From NCBI GenBank assembly GCA_031371545.1, contig JANMJU010000026.1:1337-65336 (forward strand): 64,000 bases of DNA, read 5' to 3'. Position numbers and translations under genes: made by a program. The DNA is from Chitinophagaceae bacterium. GTDB lineage: Bacteria > Bacteroidota > Bacteroidia > Chitinophagales > Chitinophagaceae. Below are positions 20,934 to 30,188 of this stretch, in pieces. How positions within the stretch are numbered: position 1 is the stretch's first letter; every line of letters starts with the position of its first letter. Under the pieces are notes generated by a model. It ran no database searches and was not told the DNA's origin. It saw only the letters and a program-made list of their open reading frames with translations.

Positions 20934-21395
20934 ATGGATACCATTAAACTTGCCTTTGTAGAAAATGGCTTTACCGCATTGATAAAAAATTTACCAGCTG
21001 ATGCTGTGGGCAAATGGGGTAAGATGAATGCACAACAAATGCTGGAGCATGTTTCCGGATTTTTTAAAGTCTCTACTAATCAAATTCATTTTCCACTGGT
21101 AACACCAGTTGAGCATTTGCCTAAATTCAAAGAGTTTTTGTTAAGTGAAAAAGAGTTTAGGGAAAATACCAAAGCCCCGGTACTTCCGGAAGAACCATTG
21201 CCCTTAAAATTTACAACAATGCAGGAAGCTGTGGATGATTTGAAACAGCAAATAAAATTGTTTGCAGATAAATTCAGTTCTGGAGAAATTGTTACATCGC
21301 AACATCCGGTATTTGGTGATTTGAATTTTGAAGAGTGGGTATTGCTGCATTATAAGCATGTGGTGCATCATGCAAGACAGTTTGGGTTGATATAA
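20934..21395 (+). CDS. DinB superfamily / DUF1569-like protein
   Basis: 153 aa with C-terminal HYKHVVHHARQFGL His-rich motif typical of DinB-like four-helix bundles. Confidence 0.55.
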   Translation: MDTIKLAFVENGFTALIKNLPADAVGKWGKMNAQQMLEHVSGFFKVSTNQIHFPLVTPVEHLPKFKEFLLSEKEFRENTKAPVLPEEPLPLKFTTMQEAVDDLKQQIKLFADKFSSGEIVTSQHPVFGDLNFEEWVLLHYKHVVHHARQFGLI

Positions 21396-21533
21396 TTTTT
21401 GTGACCGCTATTAGTATTTTATTTTTTTTAGGTTAATCCTGTTGAACTATTAATTAAATTTTCACCATCAAACTCATAAAGTTTAATCCACTTTTGCTTT
21501 GTAGATTTGTTGTTACAATTAACGATTAGCACA

Positions 21534-23612
21534 ATGAACAAACTGGGTAACTACATCAATGGCCAATGGATTACAGGTGATGGTGATGGGCAACTTTTAT
21601 TTAATGCCGTAACTGGCGAACCCTTTGCTGCAGCAACTACGAAGGGCATTGATTTTAAAAATATCTTAGAATATGGAAGAGTGGTTGGCAATCCTGTTTT
21701 GCGAAAAATGACCTTTCATCAAAGAGGCAATATGCTGAAAGCTTTGGCCATACACTTACGCAGCCACTTAGAAAAATTTTATCAAATCTCTTATCAAACC
21801 GGAGCCACCAAAGCAGATAGTTGGGTAGATATTGAAGGCGGCATCGGCAATCTCTTTGCCAATGCATCGCTCCGCAGAAAATTTCCTGATGAAGTATTTT
21901 GCATTGATGGCGAAAGCCACAACCTCAGCAAGAACAATACTTTTATGGGTACGCATATTCTTACCCCAAAAGAAGGTGTGGCTATTCACATCAACGCATT
22001 CAATTTTCCTGTGTGGGGCATGCTGGAAAAAATTGCAGTGAATTTATTGGCAGGTATGCCCTGTGTAGTAAAGCCTGCAACAGTTACCTCTTATTTAACA
22101 GAGGCGGTAGTAAAAGAAATCATAGCTTCCAACATTTTGCCCAAGGGTGCAGTACAATTAATTTGTGGCAGTGCCGGCGATTTACTGGATCATGTAAACT
22201 CACAAGATGTAGTAACATTTACAGGGAGTGCATCTACAGGATTGATGCTGAAAAGCAATCCTAATATTTTAAGAGAAAATACACCCTTCACGATGGAGGC
22301 TGATAGTTTAAATTGTATTGTGCTGGGTAATGATGTAAGTACCGATATGCCGGAGTGGGATATTTTTATTAAGGAGATAAGAAAAGAAATGACATTGAAA
22401 GCAGGGCAGCGTTGCACCGGCATCAGAAGAATATTTGTACCGGAAAATAAAATAGAAGATGTACAGGTTTCTTTGGGCAAGGCTTTGAGCCAAACTGTAA
22501 TTGGTAATCCATTAAACACGACCGTAAGAATGGGCAGCCTTGCAGGCAACACACAACGCAATGAAGTGAGAGAGCAGGTGCAAAAAATACTTGCCTCCTC
22601 ACAAATTATTTATGGCAGCCTGGATAGTGTGCAGGTGGTGGATGCAGATGCTGTAAAAGGTGCTTTTCTTTCTCCTATTTTATTGCTGAATGAGAAACCA
22701 CACCAGTCTTTTGAACCACATAACATAGAAGCATTTGGTCCGGTAAGTACTTTGATGCCTTATACCAACATGAATGATGCAATTGCATTAAGCAAAATGG
22801 GAAAAGGCAGTTTGGTATCAACCATTGTAACCGCTGATTATAAAACTGCCAGGCAATATGTAATTGGTGCAGCTTCACATCATGGAAGAATTTTAGTGTT
22901 GAATAATGAATGTGTTAAAGAAAGTACCGGCCACGGCTCACCATTGCCGTTATTGGTTCATGGCGGCCCCGGCAGGGCGGGTGGTGGTGAAGAGATGGGA
23001 GGCATTCGTGGTGTGAAACATTATTTACAGCGTACCGCTTTGCAGGGTTCACCAACCACCATCACAGAAATAACTAATGTATTTCAACCAAATGCTAAAG
23101 GAAAAGATCCAGGCAAACATCCGTTTAAAAAATATTTTGAAGAGTTGCAAATTGGTGATCAGATCATCACAGAAAAAAGAATTATTACATCAGAAGATAT
23201 CGACCGCTTTGGAGATTTAAGCGGTGATCATTTTTATGCTCACATTAAAACTACAGACTTCACCGGCACCATGTTTGAACAACAGGTGGCACATGGATAT
23301 TTTATTATGAGTATTGCAGCAGGCCTGTTTGTAGATGGATATGAAAAAAATCCAGTACTGTTAAATTATGGTATTGATGAATTGCGTTTTACAAAACCTG
23401 TATATCCTGGAGCAGAAGTATATATCCGTTTTACCTGCAAAGAAAAATTGCCAAACGATAAAAGGATTGTAGAAAACCCGGAAGATTTTAAACGGGGAGA
23501 TGATATTGACAAAGGCATCGTAAAATGGCTGGTGGAATTTTTTGATGAAAGCAATGAAGTAACCGGAATTGCCACTATCTTAACAATGGTGCAACGAAAA
23601 AAAAATAAATAA
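21534..23612 (+). CDS. paaZ: Bifunctional aldehyde dehydrogenase / MaoC-type enoyl-CoA hydratase (PaaZ-like)
   Basis: N-terminal ALDH domain (FTGSASTG, catalytic GQRCTG) with a C-terminal hot-dog/MaoC domain (FGDLSGDHFYAH). ATG 21534 is the likely start. Confidence 0.82.
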   Translation: MNKLGNYINGQWITGDGDGQLLFNAVTGEPFAAATTKGIDFKNILEYGRVVGNPVLRKMTFHQRGNMLKALAIHLRSHLEKFYQISYQTGATKADSWVDIEGGIGNLFANASLRRKFPDEVFCIDGESHNLSKNNTFMGTHILTPKEGVAIHINAFNFPVWGMLEKIAVNLLAGMPCVVKPATVTSYLTEAVVKEIIASNILPKGAVQLICGSAGDLLDHVNSQDVVTFTGSASTGLMLKSNPNILRENTPFTMEADSLNCIVLGNDVSTDMPEWDIFIKEIRKEMTLKAGQRCTGIRRIFVPENKIEDVQVSLGKALSQTVIGNPLNTTVRMGSLAGNTQRNEVREQVQKILASSQIIYGSLDSVQVVDADAVKGAFLSPILLLNEKPHQSFEPHNIEAFGPVSTLMPYTNMNDAIALSKMGKGSLVSTIVTADYKTARQYVIGAASHHGRILVLNNECVKESTGHGSPLPLLVHGGPGRAGGGEEMGGIRGVKHYLQRTALQGSPTTITEITNVFQPNAKGKDPGKHPFKKYFEELQIGDQIITEKRIITSEDIDRFGDLSGDHFYAHIKTTDFTGTMFEQQVAHGYFIMSIAAGLFVDGYEKNPVLLNYGIDELRFTKPVYPGAEVYIRFTCKEKLPNDKRIVENPEDFKRGDDIDKGIVKWLVEFFDESNEVTGIATILTMVQRKKNK

Positions 23613-23629
23613 TCCTATAATTTTATTGT

Positions 23630-24409
23630 ATGATACAGCAAGAAAATAACGGCTACGTAAAAACAGAAACACACCAGGGCATCACCAGCATCGAGTTTTT
23701 TCATCCACAAAGCAATTCATTACCTGGAAAAATTTTGGAAGAGCTGGCGCATGAAATACATTTTGCAGGCACACACACCGAAACAAAAGTGATCATTTTA
23801 AAAAGCGGCGGCGACAAAGCATTTTGTGCAGGCGCTTCTTTCGATGAATTAATGACCATTAAAAGTGAAATAGAAGGCTTAAAGTTTTTCAGTGGTTTTG
23901 CCCATGTCATCAATGCCATGCGTAAGTGTCCTAAGTTTATTATTGGAAGAATACATGGCAAATGTGTTGGTGGTGGAGTAGGGCTTGCAGCAGCAGTGGA
24001 CTATGCCATTGCGGTAGAAGGTGCTGATATAAAATTGAGCGAATTGGCGGTTGGCATTGGCCCATTTGTAGTGGGTCCTGCCATAGAAAAGAAAATTGGA
24101 CTGGCTGCTTTTAGTGCATTGGCAATTGATGCTGCCGGGTGGCGCAACAGTGACTGGGCAAAGCGCAAAGGCTTATTTGCAGAGCTGCATGAAAATACAG
24201 CAAACATGGAAGAGTCTATTCACCGGTTGGCAAATTCGTTGGCACACAGCAGCCCGGATGCAATGGCAGAAATGAAAAAAATATTTTGGAAAGGAACGGA
24301 ACATTGGGATGAATTGCTGAAAGAAAGAGCTGCCATTAGCGGACGTTTGGTACTAAGTAGCTTTACAAAAAAAGCAATTGAAAAATTTAAAGAGAAGAAT
24401 AAAGGCTAA
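23630..24409 (+). CDS. Enoyl-CoA hydratase/isomerase (crotonase) family protein
   Basis: DKAFCAGASFDEL oxyanion-hole motif and GKCVGGGVGLAAAVD. 259 aa. Confidence 0.85.
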   Translation: MIQQENNGYVKTETHQGITSIEFFHPQSNSLPGKILEELAHEIHFAGTHTETKVIILKSGGDKAFCAGASFDELMTIKSEIEGLKFFSGFAHVINAMRKCPKFIIGRIHGKCVGGGVGLAAAVDYAIAVEGADIKLSELAVGIGPFVVGPAIEKKIGLAAFSALAIDAAGWRNSDWAKRKGLFAELHENTANMEESIHRLANSLAHSSPDAMAEMKKIFWKGTEHWDELLKERAAISGRLVLSSFTKKAIEKFKEKNKG

Positions 24410-24449
24410 GAGATTGAAGGAGAAAAACTAATTAGATAAAAGAGTTGTT

Positions 24450-25075
24450 GTGAGCATTATTGAAACTTTTGATGAGAATAATTTTACACTCTTTTGTAAT
24501 CAGTTGGCAAAGAAGGACGCTGATTTAAAATTAATTATTGATACACATGGGCATCCTCCAATTTTTCGGCGCACGCCGAATTTTGAAACCCTGATTCACC
24601 TCATCTTAGAGCAACAGGTTTCATTGGCTTCGGCAAAAGCTGCATTGAAAAAATTGGCAGTTTCACACCACAAAAAATAATCTCCCTTACCGATGCAGAA
24701 TTGAGGGGCTGTTATTTCAGCAGGCAAAAAACAATGTATGCAAAACATTTGGCGGAAGCGATATTAACTAAACAACTTAACCTGAAAGCACTTGCCGCTG
24801 CACCTGATGAAACTGTAAGAACAGAACTGAAAAAAATAAAAGGTATCGGCGACTGGACAACTGATGTGTACCTGATGATGGCATTGCAAAGAACCAATCT
24901 TTTTCCTATTGGTGATATCGCTTTGGTGAATAGTATGAAAGAAGTAAAGCAATTGGCAAATCACACACCAAAAGATGAACTGCTGTTGATTGCTGAAAAA
25001 TGGAAACCTTACAGAACGATTGCAGCTTACTTATTGTGGCATGCATACATTAAAAAAAGAAACATAAAAATCTGA
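24450..25075 (+). pseudogene. DNA-3-methyladenine glycosylase II (AlkA-like HhH-GPD), interrupted by a 1-nt frameshift in an A6 run
   Basis: Track ORFs 24450-24680 and 24701-25075 are two halves of one HhH-GPD protein. The second frame reads back to ...IGSFTPQKIISLTDAELRGCYFSRQK, so one extra A at 24648-24653 restores a continuous protein. GIGDWTTDVYLM is the HhH-GPD motif. Confidence 0.75.
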
Positions 25076-25093
25076 CCAATTGTTTAAATAAAA

Positions 25094-26338
25094 CTAACCA
25101 ATCGTTTCTTTAGCCACATCCAAATCAATTTCTTTTTCCCATTTAGCAATTACAATGGTTGCCACTGCATTTCCAATGATGTTGGTAATGGCTCTTCCTT
25201 CACTCATAAAACGGTCTATCCCTAAAATCAAAGCAATGGCTGCAACAGGGATATGGCCAACCGCAGGCAATGTGGCAGCCAGTGTAATAAAGCCACTTCC
25301 TGTAACGCCGGCTGCTCCTTTGGATGTAAGTAATAAAACCAGCAGTAATGAGACCTGGTGAGAAATATCTAACGGTGTGTTGGTGGCCTGTGCTAAAAAA
25401 ACTGCTGCCATGGTAAGATAAATAGCTGTGCCGTCCAGGTTAAATGAATAGCCCATTGGTATCACTAAACCAGTTACAGGTTCTGAGCAACCAGCCTTTT
25501 CCAATTTAGTGATAAGGCTTGGTAATGCGGCCTCAGATGAAGATGTTCCCAATACAATCAGGAGTTCTTCCTTAATATGTTTCAGCAGGCGAAAAATATT
25601 AAACCCAGATAATTTTAGTATGCCTCCCAAAATAATTAAAATAAAAAGCAGGCAGGTGATATAAAATGATCCCATTAACTGACCCAGTGAACTCAAAGAA
25701 CCCAAACCATATTTGCCAATAGTAAAAGCCATTGCTCCCAAAGCCCCAATAGGAGCCAATTTCATAATAATACGGATAATAGTAAACAGTGCGTCTTCCA
25801 GCGACTGGATACCTTTTAATAATGGATTTGCTTTCTCTTTAATTTTTGACAACGCAAATCCCATTAAAACAGCAAAGAAAAGAACCTGCAACAGGCTGTT
25901 ATTAGAAAGGGCGTTTACAATATTTTCTGGAATGATATTTAAAATAAAATCTAATGCTGTTTGGCTTTTGCTTTGAGTTATATAGCCTTCCACAGCTTTT
26001 GAATCAAGCGATGCAATCTCTATATTCATCCCAACACCGGGTTTCAAAATGTTGATTACAACAAGGCCGGTAACCAATGCCAGCGTAGTAACAATCTCAA
26101 AATAAATCAATGCTTTTAAACCAACCCTTCCTACTTTTTTTGTATCCTGCATACCGGCTATTCCGGTTACAATGGTGCAGAAGATGATAGGGCCAATCAT
26201 CATTTTGATCAGCCGGATAAATCCATCACCCAAAGGTTTTAACTGTGTTGCAAAATCTGGATTAAAGTGACCCAGCAGGATACCGGCAACTATTGCCAGC
26301 AACACCTGTATATAAAGGCTTTTAAATAATCTTAGCAT
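25094..26338 (-). CDS. dctA: Dicarboxylate/amino-acid:cation symporter (DAACS family)
   Basis: 414 aa with SSSEAALP and [14 protein letters not shown] motifs characteristic of DctA/GltP carriers. Confidence 0.85.
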   Translation of the reverse strand: MLRLFKSLYIQVLLAIVAGILLGHFNPDFATQLKPLGDGFIRLIKMMIGPIIFCTIVTGIAGMQDTKKVGRVGLKALIYFEIVTTLALVTGLVVINILKPGVGMNIEIASLDSKAVEGYITQSKSQTALDFILNIIPENIVNALSNNSLLQVLFFAVLMGFALSKIKEKANPLLKGIQSLEDALFTIIRIIMKLAPIGALGAMAFTIGKYGLGSLSSLGQLMGSFYITCLLFILIILGGILKLSGFNIFRLLKHIKEELLIVLGTSSSEAALPSLITKLEKAGCSEPVTGLVIPMGYSFNLDGTAIYLTMAAVFLAQATNTPLDISHQVSLLLVLLLTSKGAAGVTGSGFITLAATLPAVGHIPVAAIALILGIDRFMSEGRAITNIIGNAVATIVIAKWEKEIDLDVAKETIG

Positions 26339-26387
26339 AGCTGTTGGTTACCAAACACAAGTTAAGAAATATAAAAAGTCCGGTATT

Positions 26388-26933
26388 TTAATCTTCCTTA
26401 CTTCCTTTATCTCCTACAAACCATTGCTCTTTATTTTTAAACAATACATTAAAAGTAGTGAGAGATCCATAACAACGGGTGATGTACTGCTGTATGTTTA
26501 CCTTGTCTTCATCACTCAGTTTTTTATTGCTGTTGATATTTTGTTCCAGCACCCTCAGCCTGTCTCTCAGCATTACTACCTTATGGAAAAAATCTTCGAT
26601 AGGAATTTCTTTTGGTTTTTGAGTTTTATCGTAAGGTTGTAATAATAAAGACCCTCCTTTCCACTTGTCTCCCAAGGACACCACTTCCGAAAAGCCGGAC
26701 CATAAACGTAAAATTTTCAGCAATGACTTTTCCGTCTCTGAAACTGTTTCTATTTCTGCACTCACATTTTCTGGTATGATCTCATCGAGGCTGGTATCCG
26801 TTTTTTCTACTTCCTTTATACCATGATGAATAAAAGAGATCAGGTAAGTGGCGTATCGTATCCCCACTATTACCCCGGGGCCAAATTGTGTATGCTGCAG
26901 GCGGGTGCCAATTCCTAATGTAGTTTGTTCCAT
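26388..26933 (-). CDS. Hypothetical protein (181 aa)
   Basis: Long intact ORF; no motif recognised. Divergent from the NusG-paralog gene. Confidence 0.45.
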   Translation of the reverse strand: MEQTTLGIGTRLQHTQFGPGVIVGIRYATYLISFIHHGIKEVEKTDTSLDEIIPENVSAEIETVSETEKSLLKILRLWSGFSEVVSLGDKWKGGSLLLQPYDKTQKPKEIPIEDFFHKVVMLRDRLRVLEQNINSNKKLSDEDKVNIQQYITRCYGSLTTFNVLFKNKEQWFVGDKGSKED

Positions 26934-27177
26934 AAAATTATTTTTTCAAAAATAGAGTTTTTAGAAAAATGTTATGCCAGCTCAATTTAAAAGCGCCTGT
27001 AAAAATTATTTTTTTTCTATCAATTAATTCGTATGTTTGTGTTCCTACTATTTAATCCCGTTCCGGATATCCTTTTAAAAGCGCAACCAATCTTCTTCCT
27101 CATTTTCCTTTCGAAAAGCATTACACGTCTGATTGATATTTGAAAAACTGCAGTTTTTTCAACCAAAATTTTACACC

Positions 27178-27729
27178 ATGACACATAATTGGTATGCAGT
27201 TTATACAAAGCCATTAAAAGAAAGAAAAGTTTCTTCCATGCTTAATAAAAAGGGAATTGAAAGCTATTGCCCCGTCATTAGCTCCTGGGCAACAAAATCA
27301 AATAACAGGAAGCCTGTTTTTGAAACACTTTTTAATTCGTATGTATTTGTATACGTGGCAGAATCTGTAGTTGCATCTCTCCGGTTCATTCCCGGTGTCA
27401 TAAATGTTATTTACTGGAAAGCAAAGCCGGCCATAATAAATAAAGAGGAAATTGATATTGTTAAGCAATTAACAGCAAATTATAGCAATATAAGATTGGA
27501 AAAGTCTTTTGTTGATGTTGGCGGAACGGTAAAAGTGATTGATGAACCGGCAATTGCCTATAATGAAAATACAGTTTCAGTAAAATATAATACAGTTAAG
27601 GTTAATCTTCCTTCTCTTGGATTTACTATGATAGCTGAAAGGATGAAAAAGAAAGAAGAGTTGGTATTTGAAGAACGAAATACCCTTACTTCCTTTCCTC
27701 AAAAATTAAATGCATTGTTGTTTAATTAA
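27178..27729 (+). CDS. UpxY-type NusG paralog (NGN-domain transcription antiterminator)
   Basis: MTHNWYAVYTKPLKERKVSSMLNKKGIESYCPV is the NGN-domain opening seen in UpxY/RfaH-like proteins. It is not in a secE-nusG-rplK context, so it is not the housekeeping NusG. ATG 27178 is preferred over the track start 27133. Confidence 0.7.
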   Translation: MTHNWYAVYTKPLKERKVSSMLNKKGIESYCPVISSWATKSNNRKPVFETLFNSYVFVYVAESVVASLRFIPGVINVIYWKAKPAIINKEEIDIVKQLTANYSNIRLEKSFVDVGGTVKVIDEPAIAYNENTVSVKYNTVKVNLPSLGFTMIAERMKKKEELVFEERNTLTSFPQKLNALLFN

Positions 27730-28067
27730 AATAGAAAACTTATTAAAAATCAATTGTCCCGTTTTAAAATCATTGTTCTGGTATCAGACAAATATCCTGA
27801 TTGTTTTTAAATGTTCTATCAAACAAAAAATAGAACATCAAATAAATACCCGTGTAATCTTGCCTTAAACCAGGTAAAATTTTATACGTACCAATCCTTT
27901 GAACCACTCTTTTTAAAGACGCAATTCTCTGCAATATCTTATGCTTAAAAGCAATTGCTTTATAAAATTTTATCGGTAACACTTGTTGTTTTTATGATCC
28001 CCGTAACTACAAAACCAAAAGCTGATAAGATTTTAAAAGACATTTTTTATCACCGTAAAATACCTGT

Positions 28068-28346
28068 ATGGAAAAGATTTACCAATCGTACACAAAAACA
28101 ATACAAAATACTACCTACTATTTTGTAAAAAAATTCATGGTTTTCCCCGAACTCAAGGATCTACCACCAATTCTAGAAAGCTATGGTATGCACACCAACT
28201 TTGATAGATGCTGCGTAATTGCAGGGATTGAGGAAGATGTTGTAAAAAAACAACTCTTAGATGAAATGCATAGAAATGCTCACCAAGCAAAAGTGATTGA
28301 TTTAAGGGATATCAATTTTTTGAATCCGAAAGCCGCAAACCTGTAA
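28068..28346 (+). CDS. Hypothetical protein (92 aa) downstream of the NusG paralog
   Basis: Intact ORF on the same strand as its neighbours; no motif recognised. Confidence 0.4.
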   Translation: MEKIYQSYTKTIQNTTYYFVKKFMVFPELKDLPPILESYGMHTNFDRCCVIAGIEEDVVKKQLLDEMHRNAHQAKVIDLRDINFLNPKAANL

Positions 28347-29018
28347 TTAAAATCTTAGAGGGCAACAATACTCTGTACTACAGCAAAATTATATCGAAAC
28401 ATTTTCGATAATACAAAACAATAGACATCACTAATCATCTTTTTTAAACCTGACTAATGTTTAAAAAGCATACCCTTTCAATAAAGATAAATCTTCTTAA
28501 AAATGTATATTTTTTTATTTTGTCCTTAGGAAGCAATGAAGTTTTTCAGGCGATTAAACTCTTTTGTTGAGCTTGAAACAAAAAAACTTCCGCAAAAGGC
28601 AGAAAACGACTTTGCCAGGTAGGCAAAGAAACGTTGGTTAACAGTATTGTTTGTCATAATATTGGAATTTGAAAGTAAAATTAAATAATTGTGATTTTTT
28701 ATACAAGAGTGATTTTGCTAATTTTTTTGTACCGTATTTTCCGCAGTTTTTCATCTGTTCCAAGAACAACCCTCTGACGGATTTTTAATTACCCATCTGT
28801 TTTGACTTCCTTTTCCTCTCTTTTGTACACATTTTTGCAGGTAATTGGTATTTGTTAGATTTTATAAGTCATAAAGTTTTTTTATTATTAAACGCTTTTA
28901 TACTTTTACTTTAATCAATTTTTTGAAGCCTGTTTTTTAGAAACTCAGAATTATTTGCTTTTATATTATTGGTCAAACAACAATCAACCGTTAATAAATC
29001 CAGCATCATTTTTTATCT

Positions 29019-30188
29019 ATGCCAGATTTTCTTACCTCTTTAAATACATTGTCTGATCTTCCTTTTAAAGTGTGGGTACTGGTTCCTTCTGTGAAAAGCA
29101 ATGATGAAAATTTGGACTACTATTATGATTTCTCTCAAAGTATTTTAGAGTACACTAAAACTTTTGAAGTACTTAATTTACACTGGCAATGGCAACCAGT
29201 AACAATCCATGACTATAAGGAGATCATCAATACCATTCTTGAAGAAAAAAAATTAAAACAATTTTTTCCAATTGTATTCAATATTTGCGATGGTGATGAA
29301 ATAAATGGTGCCCCCGGTATATCAGTGGTAGAGTTATTACAAGAAAAAGGATTGATATATTCCGGTGCTGACAGTTTTTTTTATAACATCACCACTTCTA
29401 AAATCGCAATGAAAAAAGCTTTTGATAAAGCCGACATACCTACGCCTGAATGGGAGGCCATTCATAACAAAGACCATAACGTACAGGGAATTTTTGAAAG
29501 GCTGGGTACTCCAATAATTTTAAAGCCATCGGTATCTGGCGGAAGCATGGGGGTGGGTACAAAAAATGTAGTGTACAATGAGGGTGAATTAAAATCACTC
29601 ATCAATAATTTGTTTACCGGTTATCATGGATGGAACTTGGTGTCTGATGGCTTGATAGCTGAGTCGTTTATCCGGGGTGCAGAATATACTTGTCTGATTG
29701 TTGGTGATCATAACAAATCAGATGTGGCCTTTATTTATGATCCGGTTGAAAGAGTTTTTCATAAATCACTTCCCGAGGATGAAAAATTTTTAAGTTTCGA
29801 CCGATTATGGGAAATTTATGAAGATGAAACTGAAATGCCCAATGAAGAAAATTTTTATGAATATGGCCAGGTGGATTCTTCACGTGTAGATGTGGTAAAA
29901 CAAATTAGTTGGGATGCTTACAGCTCTCTAAAAGGAACTGGATATACAAGGGTGGATATAAGGAGAGATGACCGCACTGGCAAAATGTATGTACTGGAAG
30001 TAAATGCCCAATGTGGTATCAGCGAAAACGAGGATTATACTTCTATTGGAGCTATATTAAGATATAGTAAAAAAACATTTACAGAATTGGTGAAAGAAAT
30101 AATTATAAATGCTATTACTAGAAATAAAAATTCAATCTCCAAAGAAAAAAAAGTAAGCAGTTTAATACATGAGCCCAATCCAAAATAA
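29019..30188 (+). CDS. ATP-grasp ligase, D-Ala-D-Ala-ligase (Ddl) family-like
   Basis: Ddl-type N-terminal motif FPIVFNICDGDEINGAPGISVVELLQEKGLIYSG. ATP-grasp core ILKPSVSGGSMGV, AESFIRGAEYTCLIVG and YVLEVNAQCG. 389 aa. Confidence 0.8.
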   Translation: MPDFLTSLNTLSDLPFKVWVLVPSVKSNDENLDYYYDFSQSILEYTKTFEVLNLHWQWQPVTIHDYKEIINTILEEKKLKQFFPIVFNICDGDEINGAPGISVVELLQEKGLIYSGADSFFYNITTSKIAMKKAFDKADIPTPEWEAIHNKDHNVQGIFERLGTPIILKPSVSGGSMGVGTKNVVYNEGELKSLINNLFTGYHGWNLVSDGLIAESFIRGAEYTCLIVGDHNKSDVAFIYDPVERVFHKSLPEDEKFLSFDRLWEIYEDETEMPNEENFYEYGQVDSSRVDVVKQISWDAYSSLKGTGYTRVDIRRDDRTGKMYVLEVNAQCGISENEDYTSIGAILRYSKKTFTELVKEIIINAITRNKNSISKEKKVSSLIHEPNPK

